Position numbers and translations under genes: made by a program. From an uncultured Saprospiraceae bacterium (GTDB lineage: Bacteria > Bacteroidota > Bacteroidia > Chitinophagales > Saprospiraceae), in contig CAZAEZ010000009.1 in the NCBI GenBank assembly GCA_964484205.1, positions 24,035 to 88,034 on the forward strand: a stretch of DNA of 64,000 bases. The letters are read 5' to 3'. The notes beneath the pieces were generated by a model that saw only the letters and a program-made list of their open reading frames with translations, made no database searches and was not told where the DNA came from. Shown here one piece after another: positions 33,886 through 42,882 of this stretch. How positions within the stretch are numbered: position 1 is the stretch's first letter; every line of letters starts with the position of its first letter.

Positions 33886-36063
33886 TCAGGGCCGGGTCAC
33901 CAAACGCCCGCTGCGCACCTCCGTACCGGCTGCCAGTCGCCATATGTACACGCCGGCAACCGGGAACACCGATTCCGGCAAGTCCAGGGTTTGCAAACCC
34001 GGTGTCCCCGCAAAACTTCGGCTCCAAACCTGGCGCCCCTGCGCATCCCAAATCTCCAATTGGACCGGCATGGGCTCGGGGAGTTCCAGTGCCAGACGGG
34101 CGCCTTCAGTTGTGGGGTTGGGCTGGGGTTGACCGATCCGGATTGCCGCGGCCGGCGCCGGACTGAATTGCAGTTGCAAGTTCCGGGCTTCCGCCGTCCC
34201 GGTGAATGCTTCGGCGCGCAGGCGTCCGGCAGCAAGCTGGAACGCAGTTTTCAAATCCACTGGCGCCAGGGCGCGCAGGCGCAGCGTGCACAGCGTTTTT
34301 TCTTGAGAAAACAAGTGCGGGTCGGTGTCGAACCACAGCACATTGAGCAGCCCCGGGTGCGGTTGAAAGGTGGTTTGCGCATCCCAACCGGGCAAGTTGC
34401 CGGGCAACACCGCTTCCAAAACCAATTTTTCAGGATCGAACTGAAACCCGAACTGGAAACCCAGCCAGGCGCCCGTTTCCGCGAAGCGGATGGGCAATTC
34501 GATCGTTTCGCCGGCGGCAAGCAGCCGGGTCGGGAGGTTCAGATAAGCCACGGCGCGATCGTCGGGTTCCGGGGCGAAATTCGGGATGGCCGAACAGTTT
34601 ACATCGCCTGTTTTGATCGCCTGAAATTCGAAGTCGCCCACGATAGTGTCGTTCACGGTGAGGAGTTGTTTGATTTCCGGGAAAATCCCCTGGAAGGGAT
34701 TGTTGGGATTTGGGAAAACAAAATCCGCGTCTAAAAATCGCCAGGAGCTGTTGCTTGGAAACACATCATACACCCCGGTCAGCATCTTGCGCGACTCGAT
34801 AATGTCAAAAGTGGTAATGCTTCGGCTGTTGTTCACATCGGCAGCAACCATGGCGTACGGGTTTGACAAGGGCTCCAGGCCCAGGATGTGTTTGGAAACG
34901 GCAACCAGGTCGAGGATGTCTATGCCGTTCAAAGGGTCGTCATTTTTACTGACCGTCAGCCCCAGGTTTGAAATAACGGTATCGCGTTCGGCAACGTAAC
35001 ATCCATCCGAGTACAATTGCCAGAAGTCCGGAATCCACGGCGCCGGGTTACTCAGGGTAACGCCCGACACAACGGCTCCCGTGCACCACTGGCGGGCGCA
35101 CACCCGCGCGTTGATGTACACCTGAATGTTGCCGTCGCAAAATCCGGCGGCGTCTTCCACAATGAGCCAGGTTGTGCAGGAATCGACATTGCCGGCCAGG
35201 TCGCGCACCCAGAGTTCCACGGGTTGGCTGCCTAGATGGTTGCAATTGAACGTTGCGCTTTGCTGTGGGTTCCCCAGGCTGTCCAACGGAAACCCGGTAC
35301 CGGTACCGTCAATCCGAATTGCAATTTCCAGCATGATTCCGGGCGTAGTATTATCCTCGGCATATTGCAGGAAATCGGTAGCCCACAAGGTGATCATTCC
35401 CGTCGGCATAATATTGACGGAAAGGCCGTTGAGGCAAACAACCTGCGGCGCCTGGCAGTCCGCCACCTGAATTTCGTAGGTGCAGGTATCCACATCACCC
35501 AAGCCGTTCGACACCACCCATTTCACCAGGTGGTTGCCATAAGGTAACTGGGGTGTTTCGTAGTTTGAGGGTGCATCAGCCGTATTCCAGCGGATGCAGG
35601 CGGTGCGGTTGGCGGGACTGCCGCCGGTTTCAAGGGCAAACCGGAAAAGCGCTCCTGCAGGTACCTGCCGGGTGTCGAATGCCGCCGCCGTACCGCCGCT
35701 GTAGTTGGGATTTCCGGCGTTGCCGAAAAAGACCATTCCGGCAGGCGGCAGGTCGGCGCTGTTGACCACCGTTTCGCGGTCGCCGTCGCCGTCGAGGTCG
35801 AGAAAAAGGAGGTATTGGATATCGAGGTTGGCGCCGGCACAGGTATCAGCGGCCGAAAAGCAGAGCTCGGTTTCGCCTTCCGGCAAATTATTGGTCAGGT
35901 AGGTCGGGGCGGCAAAAAGTGCGTGGTTCCACTGCAGGGAATCGTTGGCCGTGGAATCGCAAAATACCACCGGCGTTGCCGGGCAGTTTTGCAGTTGCAG
36001 GCATTGACCGGCAAGGTTTTTTGCAAAAGCCAGGAGCAAGAGGATGTTCAGGATATTACGCAT
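33886..36063 (-). CDS. T9SS-secreted protein with dockerin-like and cohesin-like modules
   Basis: Signal peptide 'MRNILNILLLLAFAKNLAGQ'. 'LNGIDILDLVAVSKHILGLEPL...ADVNNSRSITTFDIIESRKMLTG' is dockerin-like. 'GETIELPIRFAETGAWLGFQFGFQFDPEKLVLEAV' is cohesin-like. It ends with the Por tail '...AGVYIWRLAAGTEVRSGRLVTRP'. Confidence 0.75.
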   Translation of the reverse strand: MRNILNILLLLAFAKNLAGQCLQLQNCPATPVVFCDSTANDSLQWNHALFAAPTYLTNNLPEGETELCFSAADTCAGANLDIQYLLFLDLDGDGDRETVVNSADLPPAGMVFFGNAGNPNYSGGTAAAFDTRQVPAGALFRFALETGGSPANRTACIRWNTADAPSNYETPQLPYGNHLVKWVVSNGLGDVDTCTYEIQVADCQAPQVVCLNGLSVNIMPTGMITLWATDFLQYAEDNTTPGIMLEIAIRIDGTGTGFPLDSLGNPQQSATFNCNHLGSQPVELWVRDLAGNVDSCTTWLIVEDAAGFCDGNIQVYINARVCARQWCTGAVVSGVTLSNPAPWIPDFWQLYSDGCYVAERDTVISNLGLTVSKNDDPLNGIDILDLVAVSKHILGLEPLSNPYAMVAADVNNSRSITTFDIIESRKMLTGVYDVFPSNSSWRFLDADFVFPNPNNPFQGIFPEIKQLLTVNDTIVGDFEFQAIKTGDVNCSAIPNFAPEPDDRAVAYLNLPTRLLAAGETIELPIRFAETGAWLGFQFGFQFDPEKLVLEAVLPGNLPGWDAQTTFQPHPGLLNVLWFDTDPHLFSQEKTLCTLRLRALAPVDLKTAFQLAAGRLRAEAFTGTAEARNLQLQFSPAPAAAIRIGQPQPNPTTEGARLALELPEPMPVQLEIWDAQGRQVWSRSFAGTPGLQTLDLPESVFPVAGVYIWRLAAGTEVRSGRLVTRP

Positions 36064-36082
36064 GTTTTTTCTTTTTTTTAAT

Positions 36083-36132
36083 GGCAGGGTTTCGGTTCGC
36101 GAACCTCGGCAGGGTTTCGAACCCTGCCGAGG
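36083..36132. repeat. hairpin / direct-repeat element between two co-directional T9SS cargo genes
   Basis: ggcagggtttcgg ... cctcggcagggtttcgaaccctgccgagg is a near-perfect palindrome. It lies between the stop at 36153 and the start at 36063 on the minus strand. Confidence 0.7.
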
Positions 36133-36152
36133 TTGAAGGTTAAGGTTAAAGG

Positions 36153-39053
36153 TTATTTCAACATCAATTTTCCACCAACAGCCCGCCCCTGCGCATTTTC
36201 CATTCTAAAAAAATACAAGCCCGCCGGGAGCCTGCCGCGTTCAAAACGGTAGCGCGCACCGGAAAAGTGATGTTGATGCATGAGTTGGCCGGTTGCATCG
36301 TACAGGCTGAAGCGGTAACTATCGGCTTCCGTCAGCTGAAATTCCGCAAAACTGGTCGCCGGATTCGGAGCAATGCGCAGGTCCAGGGCATCGGGAACGG
36401 GCGGATCCAGCGTGAACGTCAGCAGGGGGTAGCCGATGGTATGGAAATACGTGTTGGTGATAACCGGTTCGTTGAAGTCGAAGTCGATGGCGGCGGTATT
36501 TTCGAGGATCGTTCCCAACGGCAGGCCCGGGCGCTGTGCCATCCGGAAGGTTACAAAACCGTGCGATTCCGGTTCATTGGTCGTACTGTCGGGCAGCAAA
36601 ATATTTTCAAACGTAAAGCGCAGCGCGCCGGAGCCGCTCAACTGGAATTGGTAGGGATGGCTGGCCGGACCGGGGCGCACCGTTGCCGGATCAAGTTCGG
36701 CGGGCAGGGCATCGCGGATCACCACGAGGAAAGCCGTGTCGTTGCCGGTATTTTGAAAGCGGATCATGTACTCGACTTCCTGGCCAATTTCCAGGAAATG
36801 TTCGTCGCGCCAGCCCAGCGGGAAGCCGCGCTTATCGTTGGGGTCGAAGGAACCGACCACCTGCCCGCAATAAATATCGACAAAAGGATCGCCGGTGTTG
36901 AGGGCCAGTTGCTGGGCAAGGCCGGGGCCGTTCGACGGGCCGTTGCACAAGTCCACCGCAGCGGCAGGCATGCTGTTCCCCGGGTGACCGGGCCGCTGAC
37001 TGGAGCGGATGTAGTAGGAATTGCCGGTGGGATTAGTGATCGTGATCGTGCTGTCGGCGCCGGCATCGAGTTGGAGGGCGCCTTGCATGTACATGATCTG
37101 ATCTTCGATGATCACGTAGTTGACCGTGCCGTTCATGTCGCCGGCGCCGGTATTGGTGATGGTAAATTCAGCGGTACCGTTGCAACTAGCCTGCACCTCC
37201 ACATGCGAGCCGTCCCACAGCGGATCGGGGGGCAGGCAGCTGCTGTCGGGGGAAATATACGCCTCGGCGCAAATGGTTTGCCCGTTCACGGCGGCGCAGT
37301 CCAGCAGCACCTGCACCTGAAAATAGTCGCAGCCGCCGGACGGCAAATCGCCCAGGTCGAAGGTCAGGGTGTCGCCGTTTTGGCTTGCCAGGGGCAGAGT
37401 ACTACCCACGTAGCTGCACAGCGGGTCTAGCACGAGTTGTACGCTGGCATCGGTGGCTGTTTGGGTGCCGTTGTTGCAGTAATTGATGTAGTAGTTAAAA
37501 TTAACACAGCGCCGGATCGGCCCGGCCACCACTTCGACCTCCAGGTAGGGGCAATCCGCAGTGCTTTGGATGCCGATCGGCGGCGCCTGGATCACCTGGC
37601 CCGTACCGGGCACCACCACAACGACGGGCGTATCGCAAGCCGCCCAAAGATTTTCAAGGCCGGGAAACGGCCTGGCCGTGATGGTGTATGTGTCGGGGTC
37701 CAGAATAAAAGAGTAGTTGCCCGCCGGGGAAACAAACATGTACAAGGTGTCGCCCGACTGCCCGGCCGCCACAACGATAAAATTCGGTGGCGCCGGTTCA
37801 AGGCTGTCGGGGGCGCAATTCAAATTTTTATCCCAAAAAACCGAACCATGCAAACTGCTGAAAACCGTAAAAAAACCGCCGGTCCAGTCTGTTTTGATGA
37901 GCACCGCGTTTTCAACACTTACATCTGTTCCGGTGCGCCCGACCAGGGCAAATTGGTTATCGGAGGTATACAAGGCTGCCAGGGGCAGGTCGGGCAGGTT
38001 TGACTCGCGGGTCCAGGCCGAGTCGCCGTCTGCATTGAGTTTGAGCAGGTTTAGCTGATTATTGGGTAAGAGGTTGTCATCAATTTGCAGAAACGGGATA
38101 TATACATTTCCGCCCCCGTCCAGGATAAAACTCCGGATATACCTTGAATTACCGGCCGGCAAATTGTCCAGTATCTCCAGCGGTTCGCGGAACCAAATCT
38201 TTGTACCGGCGCCCGTTGTTTTTAACACCGCCGCTTTCGTCGGATTGGATTGTTTGGTTTCACCGAAAAGCAACAGATTGCCGTTTGGGTCAACTTTAAA
38301 ATCGAGCGCACTCTGGTAGCCTGGCTCGTTGTATTCCTGTTGCCAAAGTACGTTACCCTGTGCATCGGTACGCGCCATGAACAGATCGGAGCCGTCCATA
38401 ATGGAAGGGGCGTCGCGGCGTTCGCCGGCCACCGCCAGGTCGCCGTTGGGCATTTCCACCAGGCCGAGCGCCAGTTCCCGGCCGGCGTTGGGGTCGCCCA
38501 GGGTTTGCGTCCAAAGAATGGTTCCGGCAGCATCGAGGCGGAGCAATTGGATATGGGAATCCGATACCGGCACGAAAGTGCGTGCATCGCCTGCCAGGGC
38601 GTAGCCGCCGCCGGTAGTGGCCACGATGTCGCGAAAGCCGTTGGGCAGGGTTGGGTTTTCGAGCACTTTTTGCCACTGCGCAACCCCGGCGCCGTCGATT
38701 TTCAGCACCAGGTTGCGCAGTGCCGTGCCGTCGAAATAATTTTCGCAAAGCACGGCAAAACCACCGTCGGGTGCTGCACAAACCGCAATACCCCGGGCGC
38801 CGTTGAGGTTTTGGTGGGCGGCCCAGATGACAGTACCCGTGGCATCGGTGCGTTGCAAAAACAGCGAACTATCTGTGGCAATGCCGCCGACCATCAAAAA
38901 GCCGCCGTCGGCAGTTTCGGTAAAATCGGAACAGGAACTGGCGTCGGGGGAGTAGGTCTTGCGAAAGGATTGCCCGGCCAGTTGTGCGCCTAGTGAAAAG
39001 AGCAGGAGGATTAAAGCAGGGCGCAGGTGTTGTGGAAATACATTCATGATCAT
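36153..39053 (-). CDS. large T9SS-secreted repeat protein (beta-propeller-like N-terminal repeats, Ig-like/DUF11-like region, Por C-terminal domain)
   Basis: 966 aa. Signal peptide 'LILLLFSLGAQLAGQ'. Repeated 'DGGF/DGGY...G' propeller-like units. 'GSFDPNDK...YMIRFQNTGNDTA'. The C-terminus is 'APNPATSFAEFQL...GLYFFRMENAQGRAVGGKLMLK'. The start may be ATG 39047. Confidence 0.8.
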   Translation of the reverse strand: MIMNVFPQHLRPALILLLFSLGAQLAGQSFRKTYSPDASSCSDFTETADGGFLMVGGIATDSSLFLQRTDATGTVIWAAHQNLNGARGIAVCAAPDGGFAVLCENYFDGTALRNLVLKIDGAGVAQWQKVLENPTLPNGFRDIVATTGGGYALAGDARTFVPVSDSHIQLLRLDAAGTILWTQTLGDPNAGRELALGLVEMPNGDLAVAGERRDAPSIMDGSDLFMARTDAQGNVLWQQEYNEPGYQSALDFKVDPNGNLLLFGETKQSNPTKAAVLKTTGAGTKIWFREPLEILDNLPAGNSRYIRSFILDGGGNVYIPFLQIDDNLLPNNQLNLLKLNADGDSAWTRESNLPDLPLAALYTSDNQFALVGRTGTDVSVENAVLIKTDWTGGFFTVFSSLHGSVFWDKNLNCAPDSLEPAPPNFIVVAAGQSGDTLYMFVSPAGNYSFILDPDTYTITARPFPGLENLWAACDTPVVVVVPGTGQVIQAPPIGIQSTADCPYLEVEVVAGPIRRCVNFNYYINYCNNGTQTATDASVQLVLDPLCSYVGSTLPLASQNGDTLTFDLGDLPSGGCDYFQVQVLLDCAAVNGQTICAEAYISPDSSCLPPDPLWDGSHVEVQASCNGTAEFTITNTGAGDMNGTVNYVIIEDQIMYMQGALQLDAGADSTITITNPTGNSYYIRSSQRPGHPGNSMPAAAVDLCNGPSNGPGLAQQLALNTGDPFVDIYCGQVVGSFDPNDKRGFPLGWRDEHFLEIGQEVEYMIRFQNTGNDTAFLVVIRDALPAELDPATVRPGPASHPYQFQLSGSGALRFTFENILLPDSTTNEPESHGFVTFRMAQRPGLPLGTILENTAAIDFDFNEPVITNTYFHTIGYPLLTFTLDPPVPDALDLRIAPNPATSFAEFQLTEADSYRFSLYDATGQLMHQHHFSGARYRFERGRLPAGLYFFRMENAQGRAVGGKLMLK

Positions 39054-39124
39054 ACAGGTTTATTGATTCGTCTGATTCTTGACGGTACAAAAGTGCCGCA
39101 ATGCCCTGGCTTGGGCAAAGACAG

Positions 39125-39250
39125 TTTTTCAGGATTTTCAGATTTATTTTTTTAAGTTTTTTTTATTTTAAAATTGAAAATCAGTTTTTTATAAGAAATA
39201 ATTATCCGAATTTTCAGATTTTATTTATTTTGTATAGCTTTTGATAATTG
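39125..39250. promoter_or_regulatory. AT-rich divergent promoter region with direct repeats
   Basis: A markedly AT-rich ~125-bp tract in a GC-rich context. attttcagattt(a) is repeated at 39134 and 39209, and cagttttt at 39122 and 39182. It lies between divergent starts (39053 minus, 39483 plus). Confidence 0.3.
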
Positions 39251-39281
39251 TGCCGGGCGTGTTTCGCGTGTCTGCCCGTAG

Positions 39282-39453
39282 AGATGTCTCCCTCCGGTCG
39301 ACATGACAACGTATAGGCTGGCAATTTTTTTATCAGGTTTCTCGCTACGCTCGAAACTTCAACTGTGCTTGGGGAAGTTTTGAGCGTAGCGAGAAACCTG
39401 TTTGACTGTTTTGTTATCAATGTATTGTCATGTCGACCGGAGGGAGACATCTG
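39282..39453. repeat. family B nested-palindrome element, copy 2
   Basis: agatgtctccctccggtcgacatgacaa ... caggtttctcgctacgctcgaaac ... gagcgtagcgagaaacctg ... ttgtcatgtcgaccggagggagacatctg. It ends 29 nt before ATG 39483. Confidence 0.9.
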
Positions 39454-39482
39454 CAGAAATCTTTAAAAAATTCCCATCTCCC

Positions 39483-40880
39483 ATGCAAAACGCACCTGTA
39501 CTTCAAATTCTCCGCAGTTTGCCGCCAACCACGCTGAAATCTTTCGACAAATACATGGCCTCGCCCTACCTGGTGACCCATGCCGGCACGGCGCAGCTGT
39601 ACGACTACCTGCGCCCGCGGCTGCACGATGGGCCGGAAGGGGAACTCGACAAAGCAACAGTGGCGCGCGCGCTGGGCGAAACGCCCCGCCGGCTGTACCA
39701 CCTGACGAGTTATTTGCTGGAAGCGGTGGAACAATTTTTGGCGCTGGAATCCTGGAAAACAAGCTTGCACGACAGCCATGTACTGACGGTGGAAGCCCTG
39801 CGCAGGCTGCGGCTCGACGACCTGAGTGCCGGCATGCTGCGCTATGCCCGCAAACGCCTCGACGCCGATCCGCACCGGAGCGCCGAATATCACCGGGCCG
39901 GCTACCGGCTCCAACTGGAAGCCTTTCACCTTTCCCAACAACAGGGCCGCGCCAAAAGCCTCAACCTCCAGGAACTTTCCGATGCGCAGGATGTGGCGTT
40001 TATCACCGAAAAACTGCGCACGGGTTGCCTGCTGCTCAGCCACCAGGCAGTATCCAAACGCGCGTACGAAAAGGGCCTGCTCAACCAGGTGCTGACCTTT
40101 CTCGACGGGCACCCTTACCTGGAAATTCCTTCGGTGGCAGCGTTTTACCACGGCTATTACGCCCTGGCGGGCGATGCCGCCGGCGACCGGCATTTTCGCC
40201 GCCTCAAGGAAATTCTGCACACCCACGCCGAGGCATTCCCGGTGGCCGAGGTGCACGACCTGTACCTCATCGCAATCAATTTTTGCATCCGGCGGATAAA
40301 CAAGGCGGAAGTGCATTACTTCCGCGACGTATTCGACCTGTACCAGTCGGGGCTTCAGCACGGCGCTTTGCTGGAAAACGGCTCCCTGTCGCGCTGGACC
40401 TACACCAATATTGTGCTGGCGGCGCTGAACCTGCAGGAATACGACTGGACGTTCCGCTTTCTGCACGATTACGCGCCGCTGCTTCCGGCCAACCACCGCG
40501 AAGGCGCACTGAATTTCAACCTCGCCCGGTACTATTACGATACCGGCAACTACAGCGAAGCCATGCAGCACCTCCTGCGGATGGAATACGACGACGTGTT
40601 GCAAAACCTGGTGGCCAAAACCCTGCTCTGCAAAATTTACTATGAAAAAGAAGAATTCAGCGCGCTCGAAAACCAGTTGGACAGCATCGAAATTTACCTG
40701 CGCCGCAAAAAAGTGTTGGGTTACCACAAGGAAAATTACCTGGCCATCGTGCGTATGCTGCGCAAAATGCTGAGTCTGAAACCCGGAAGCAGCCCGGCAA
40801 CAGAAGCCATTCGCCGGCAAATCGAAAATGCGCCGGTGCTCACCGAACGGGAGTGGTTTCTCAAACAACTCCAGCGATGA
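39483..40880 (+). CDS. helical-repeat (TPR-like) protein of unknown function, paralog 2
   Basis: ATG 39483 ('MQNAPVLQILRSLPPTTLKSFDKYMASPYL'). The earlier part of the track ORF lies inside the family B repeat. Paralog of 32257-33699. Confidence 0.75.
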   Translation: MQNAPVLQILRSLPPTTLKSFDKYMASPYLVTHAGTAQLYDYLRPRLHDGPEGELDKATVARALGETPRRLYHLTSYLLEAVEQFLALESWKTSLHDSHVLTVEALRRLRLDDLSAGMLRYARKRLDADPHRSAEYHRAGYRLQLEAFHLSQQQGRAKSLNLQELSDAQDVAFITEKLRTGCLLLSHQAVSKRAYEKGLLNQVLTFLDGHPYLEIPSVAAFYHGYYALAGDAAGDRHFRRLKEILHTHAEAFPVAEVHDLYLIAINFCIRRINKAEVHYFRDVFDLYQSGLQHGALLENGSLSRWTYTNIVLAALNLQEYDWTFRFLHDYAPLLPANHREGALNFNLARYYYDTGNYSEAMQHLLRMEYDDVLQNLVAKTLLCKIYYEKEEFSALENQLDSIEIYLRRKKVLGYHKENYLAIVRMLRKMLSLKPGSSPATEAIRRQIENAPVLTEREWFLKQLQR

Positions 40881-40937
40881 TATGCGTACGGAGTTTTCTA
40901 TTTTTGCGCACATTTATAACCATTCCGCTTTCACGCT

Positions 40938-41408
40938 ATGCTCAAACCCGGTGATACCGCCCCAGATTTTACCCTGCGCGCCAGTGATAAATCCCAGATC
41001 AAACTGAGCGACTTTCGCGGCAAAAATGTGGTCTTACTCTTTTACCCCCTTGCATTTACCGGGGTTTGCACCAAAGAACTCAGCCTGATGCGCGACAGCC
41101 TGGCAGAATACGAGGCGCTCGACGCCCAACTGCTGGCTATTTCTGTCGACAGCATTTATGCCCTGGACAAATGGAAGCACGAGCTGGGCTTTAACTTTCC
41201 CATGCTCTCCGATTTCAACAAAACCGTGAGTAAAAAATACGATGCGCTCTACAAAACCTTTGTGTATGAAATGAAAGGCGTTTCCAAACGTTCAGCCTTT
41301 GTCATCGACAAAGACGGCGTGATCCGCTATGCAGAAGTACTGGAAAATGCCGGAGAATTACCGAACTTCGAGGCTGTGCGCAACGTTTTGAAAACTTTGA
41401 AAGGATAA
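40938..41408 (+). CDS. peroxiredoxin (AhpC/TSA-Bcp-like thiol peroxidase)
   Basis: 'GDTAPDFTL', '[18 protein letters not shown]' (peroxidatic Cys context) and '[11 protein letters not shown]'. Confidence 0.88.
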   Translation: MLKPGDTAPDFTLRASDKSQIKLSDFRGKNVVLLFYPLAFTGVCTKELSLMRDSLAEYEALDAQLLAISVDSIYALDKWKHELGFNFPMLSDFNKTVSKKYDALYKTFVYEMKGVSKRSAFVIDKDGVIRYAEVLENAGELPNFEAVRNVLKTLKG

Positions 41409-41413
41409 GTTGG

Positions 41414-41500
41414 AAGGTTACTGGTTAAAAGGTTTCTGGTTATTTATCATTCCGGGAAGGTTTGCAACCAGAAACCAGAAACCAGAAACCCTCTAACCTT
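41414..41500. repeat. imperfect palindrome built from tandem heptamers (aaccaga x3) immediately upstream of clpS
   Basis: aaggttactggttaaaaggtttctggtt ... aaccagaaaccagaaaccagaaaccctctaacctt. Confidence 0.75.
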
Positions 41501-41514
41501 AAACCCAAATAAAA

Positions 41515-41802
41515 ATGCCCAATCCACTCTGGGAAGAACAGGAAGACATATTGGTGGAAGACGACATTGGTTCAGACCTTCCGGCCCATATAATTGTGTT
41601 TAACGATGATGTCAATTCGTTCGACTGGGTCATCCATTGCTTCATGGAAATCCTCAAACATACCCACGAACAGGCCGAACAATTATCCATTATCATCCAC
41701 TTTAAGGGCAAGGCCACGGTAAAAACCGGCTCCAAAAAAGAACTGGTCCCCCTGTGCGAAGCCCTGCTCGACCGCGGCCTTTCTGCCGTGCTCGAAGACT
41801 AA
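41515..41802 (+). CDS. clpS: ATP-dependent Clp protease adaptor ClpS
   Basis: 95 aa. 'IIVFNDDVNSFDWVIHCFMEILKHTHEQAEQLSIIIHFKGKATV' matches the ClpS core. Confidence 0.9.
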   Translation: MPNPLWEEQEDILVEDDIGSDLPAHIIVFNDDVNSFDWVIHCFMEILKHTHEQAEQLSIIIHFKGKATVKTGSKKELVPLCEALLDRGLSAVLED

Positions 41803-41845
41803 AATTCCCCGCCAACATCCAACAGCTAATTGCCAACAGCCAATC

Positions 41846-42562
41846 ATGCCCGTTTACTGGCTCAATGAACACGAGTTATCCTTTCCGCACCCTGCCATGG
41901 CCGAGCCCAGCGGCCTGCTGGCTGTTGGCGGCGACCTGAGCCCCGACAGGCTGGTGCTGGCGTACCGGAACGGCATTTTCCCCTGGTTTGAGGCTGAAGG
42001 TAATTTCTACTGGTATTCCCCCGACCCCCGGTTTGTGTTGTTTCCCAAAGAATTGAACGTGCACAAAAGCATGCGTTCGGTGTTCAACCAGGGCAAATTC
42101 GAATACAGCCTGGATACCTGTTTTGAACAGGTTATCCGAACCTGCGCCGAGTCGCCGCGCAATGCCCAGGATGGCTCCTGGATTTCGGAGGCGTTCATTG
42201 AGGGCTACACCGAACTGCACCGCCAGGGCGTCGCGCATTCCATGGAAGTGTGGAGCGGTGGGAAACTGGTCGGCGGGCTGTACGGCCTTGCGCTGGGTCG
42301 GATTTTTTTCGGGGAAAGCATGTTTTCCCGCCAGGCCAATGCATCCAAGGCCGGTTTCATTACCCTGGTGCGGGCGCTGCAGGCGGCGGGTTTCTGGATG
42401 GTTGACTGCCAGCAGCAGACGCAGCACCTGCAAAGCCTGGGCGCCCGCAGCATCCAGCGGGAACTATTTTTGGACTACCTCGTTAAAAATGCATACGAAC
42501 GTTCCCTGGTCGGTTTTTGGGACTTGCAGTCCGGGCAACTGGCCCTGCGCACCGAACACTGA
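41846..42562 (+). CDS. aat: leucyl/phenylalanyl-tRNA--protein transferase
   Basis: 'LLAVGGDLSPDRLVLAYRNGIFPW', 'WYSPDPRFVLFP', 'GGLYGLALGRIFFGESMFS' and 'SKAGFITLV'. Confidence 0.92.
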   Translation: MPVYWLNEHELSFPHPAMAEPSGLLAVGGDLSPDRLVLAYRNGIFPWFEAEGNFYWYSPDPRFVLFPKELNVHKSMRSVFNQGKFEYSLDTCFEQVIRTCAESPRNAQDGSWISEAFIEGYTELHRQGVAHSMEVWSGGKLVGGLYGLALGRIFFGESMFSRQANASKAGFITLVRALQAAGFWMVDCQQQTQHLQSLGARSIQRELFLDYLVKNAYERSLVGFWDLQSGQLALRTEH

Positions 42563-42619
42563 TTTGGATTTGGTACTTAATTTGCGGTAGTTCCCCCGGG
42601 TTTTCGATGTGCCGCGCCC

Positions 42620-42707
42620 CATACTACTGGACATTTTGTTTTTCGGACGCGCTCAGACCTTCCAGGTTTGCGAAACCTGGAAGGTCTAAGAAATGTCCAG
42701 TAGTATG
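42620..42707. mobile_element. family C MITE, copy 1 (88 bp, 17-bp TIRs, 9-bp TSD)
   Basis: TIRs catactactggacattt / aaatgtccagtagtatg. Internal 15-bp-stem hairpin agaccttccaggttt-gcg-aaacctggaaggtct. It is flanked directly by identical gccgcgccc at 42611-42619 and 42708-42716. Confidence 0.85.
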
Positions 42708-42770
42708 GCCGCGCCCCCACTCCCGCACTTGTAGCGGGGCCATCAACTTAAACAACCTGAGGGGATGTAC

Positions 42771-42882
42771 ACTTTTAACTTTTCAAATTAGACTTTAAAC
42801 TTTTGACTTTATTGAGCCCTTACTAGCGGGAAAACTGTCTTGAAAGTCAAAAGTTAAATTTGAAAAGTCAAAAGTTAAAAGT
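42771..42882. repeat. AT-rich imperfect palindrome (acttttaacttttcaaatt... / ...aaagtcaaaagttaaaagt)
   Basis: The arms are built from reiterated (a)cttttRa units. It lies upstream of the M23 peptidase gene. Confidence 0.7.
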
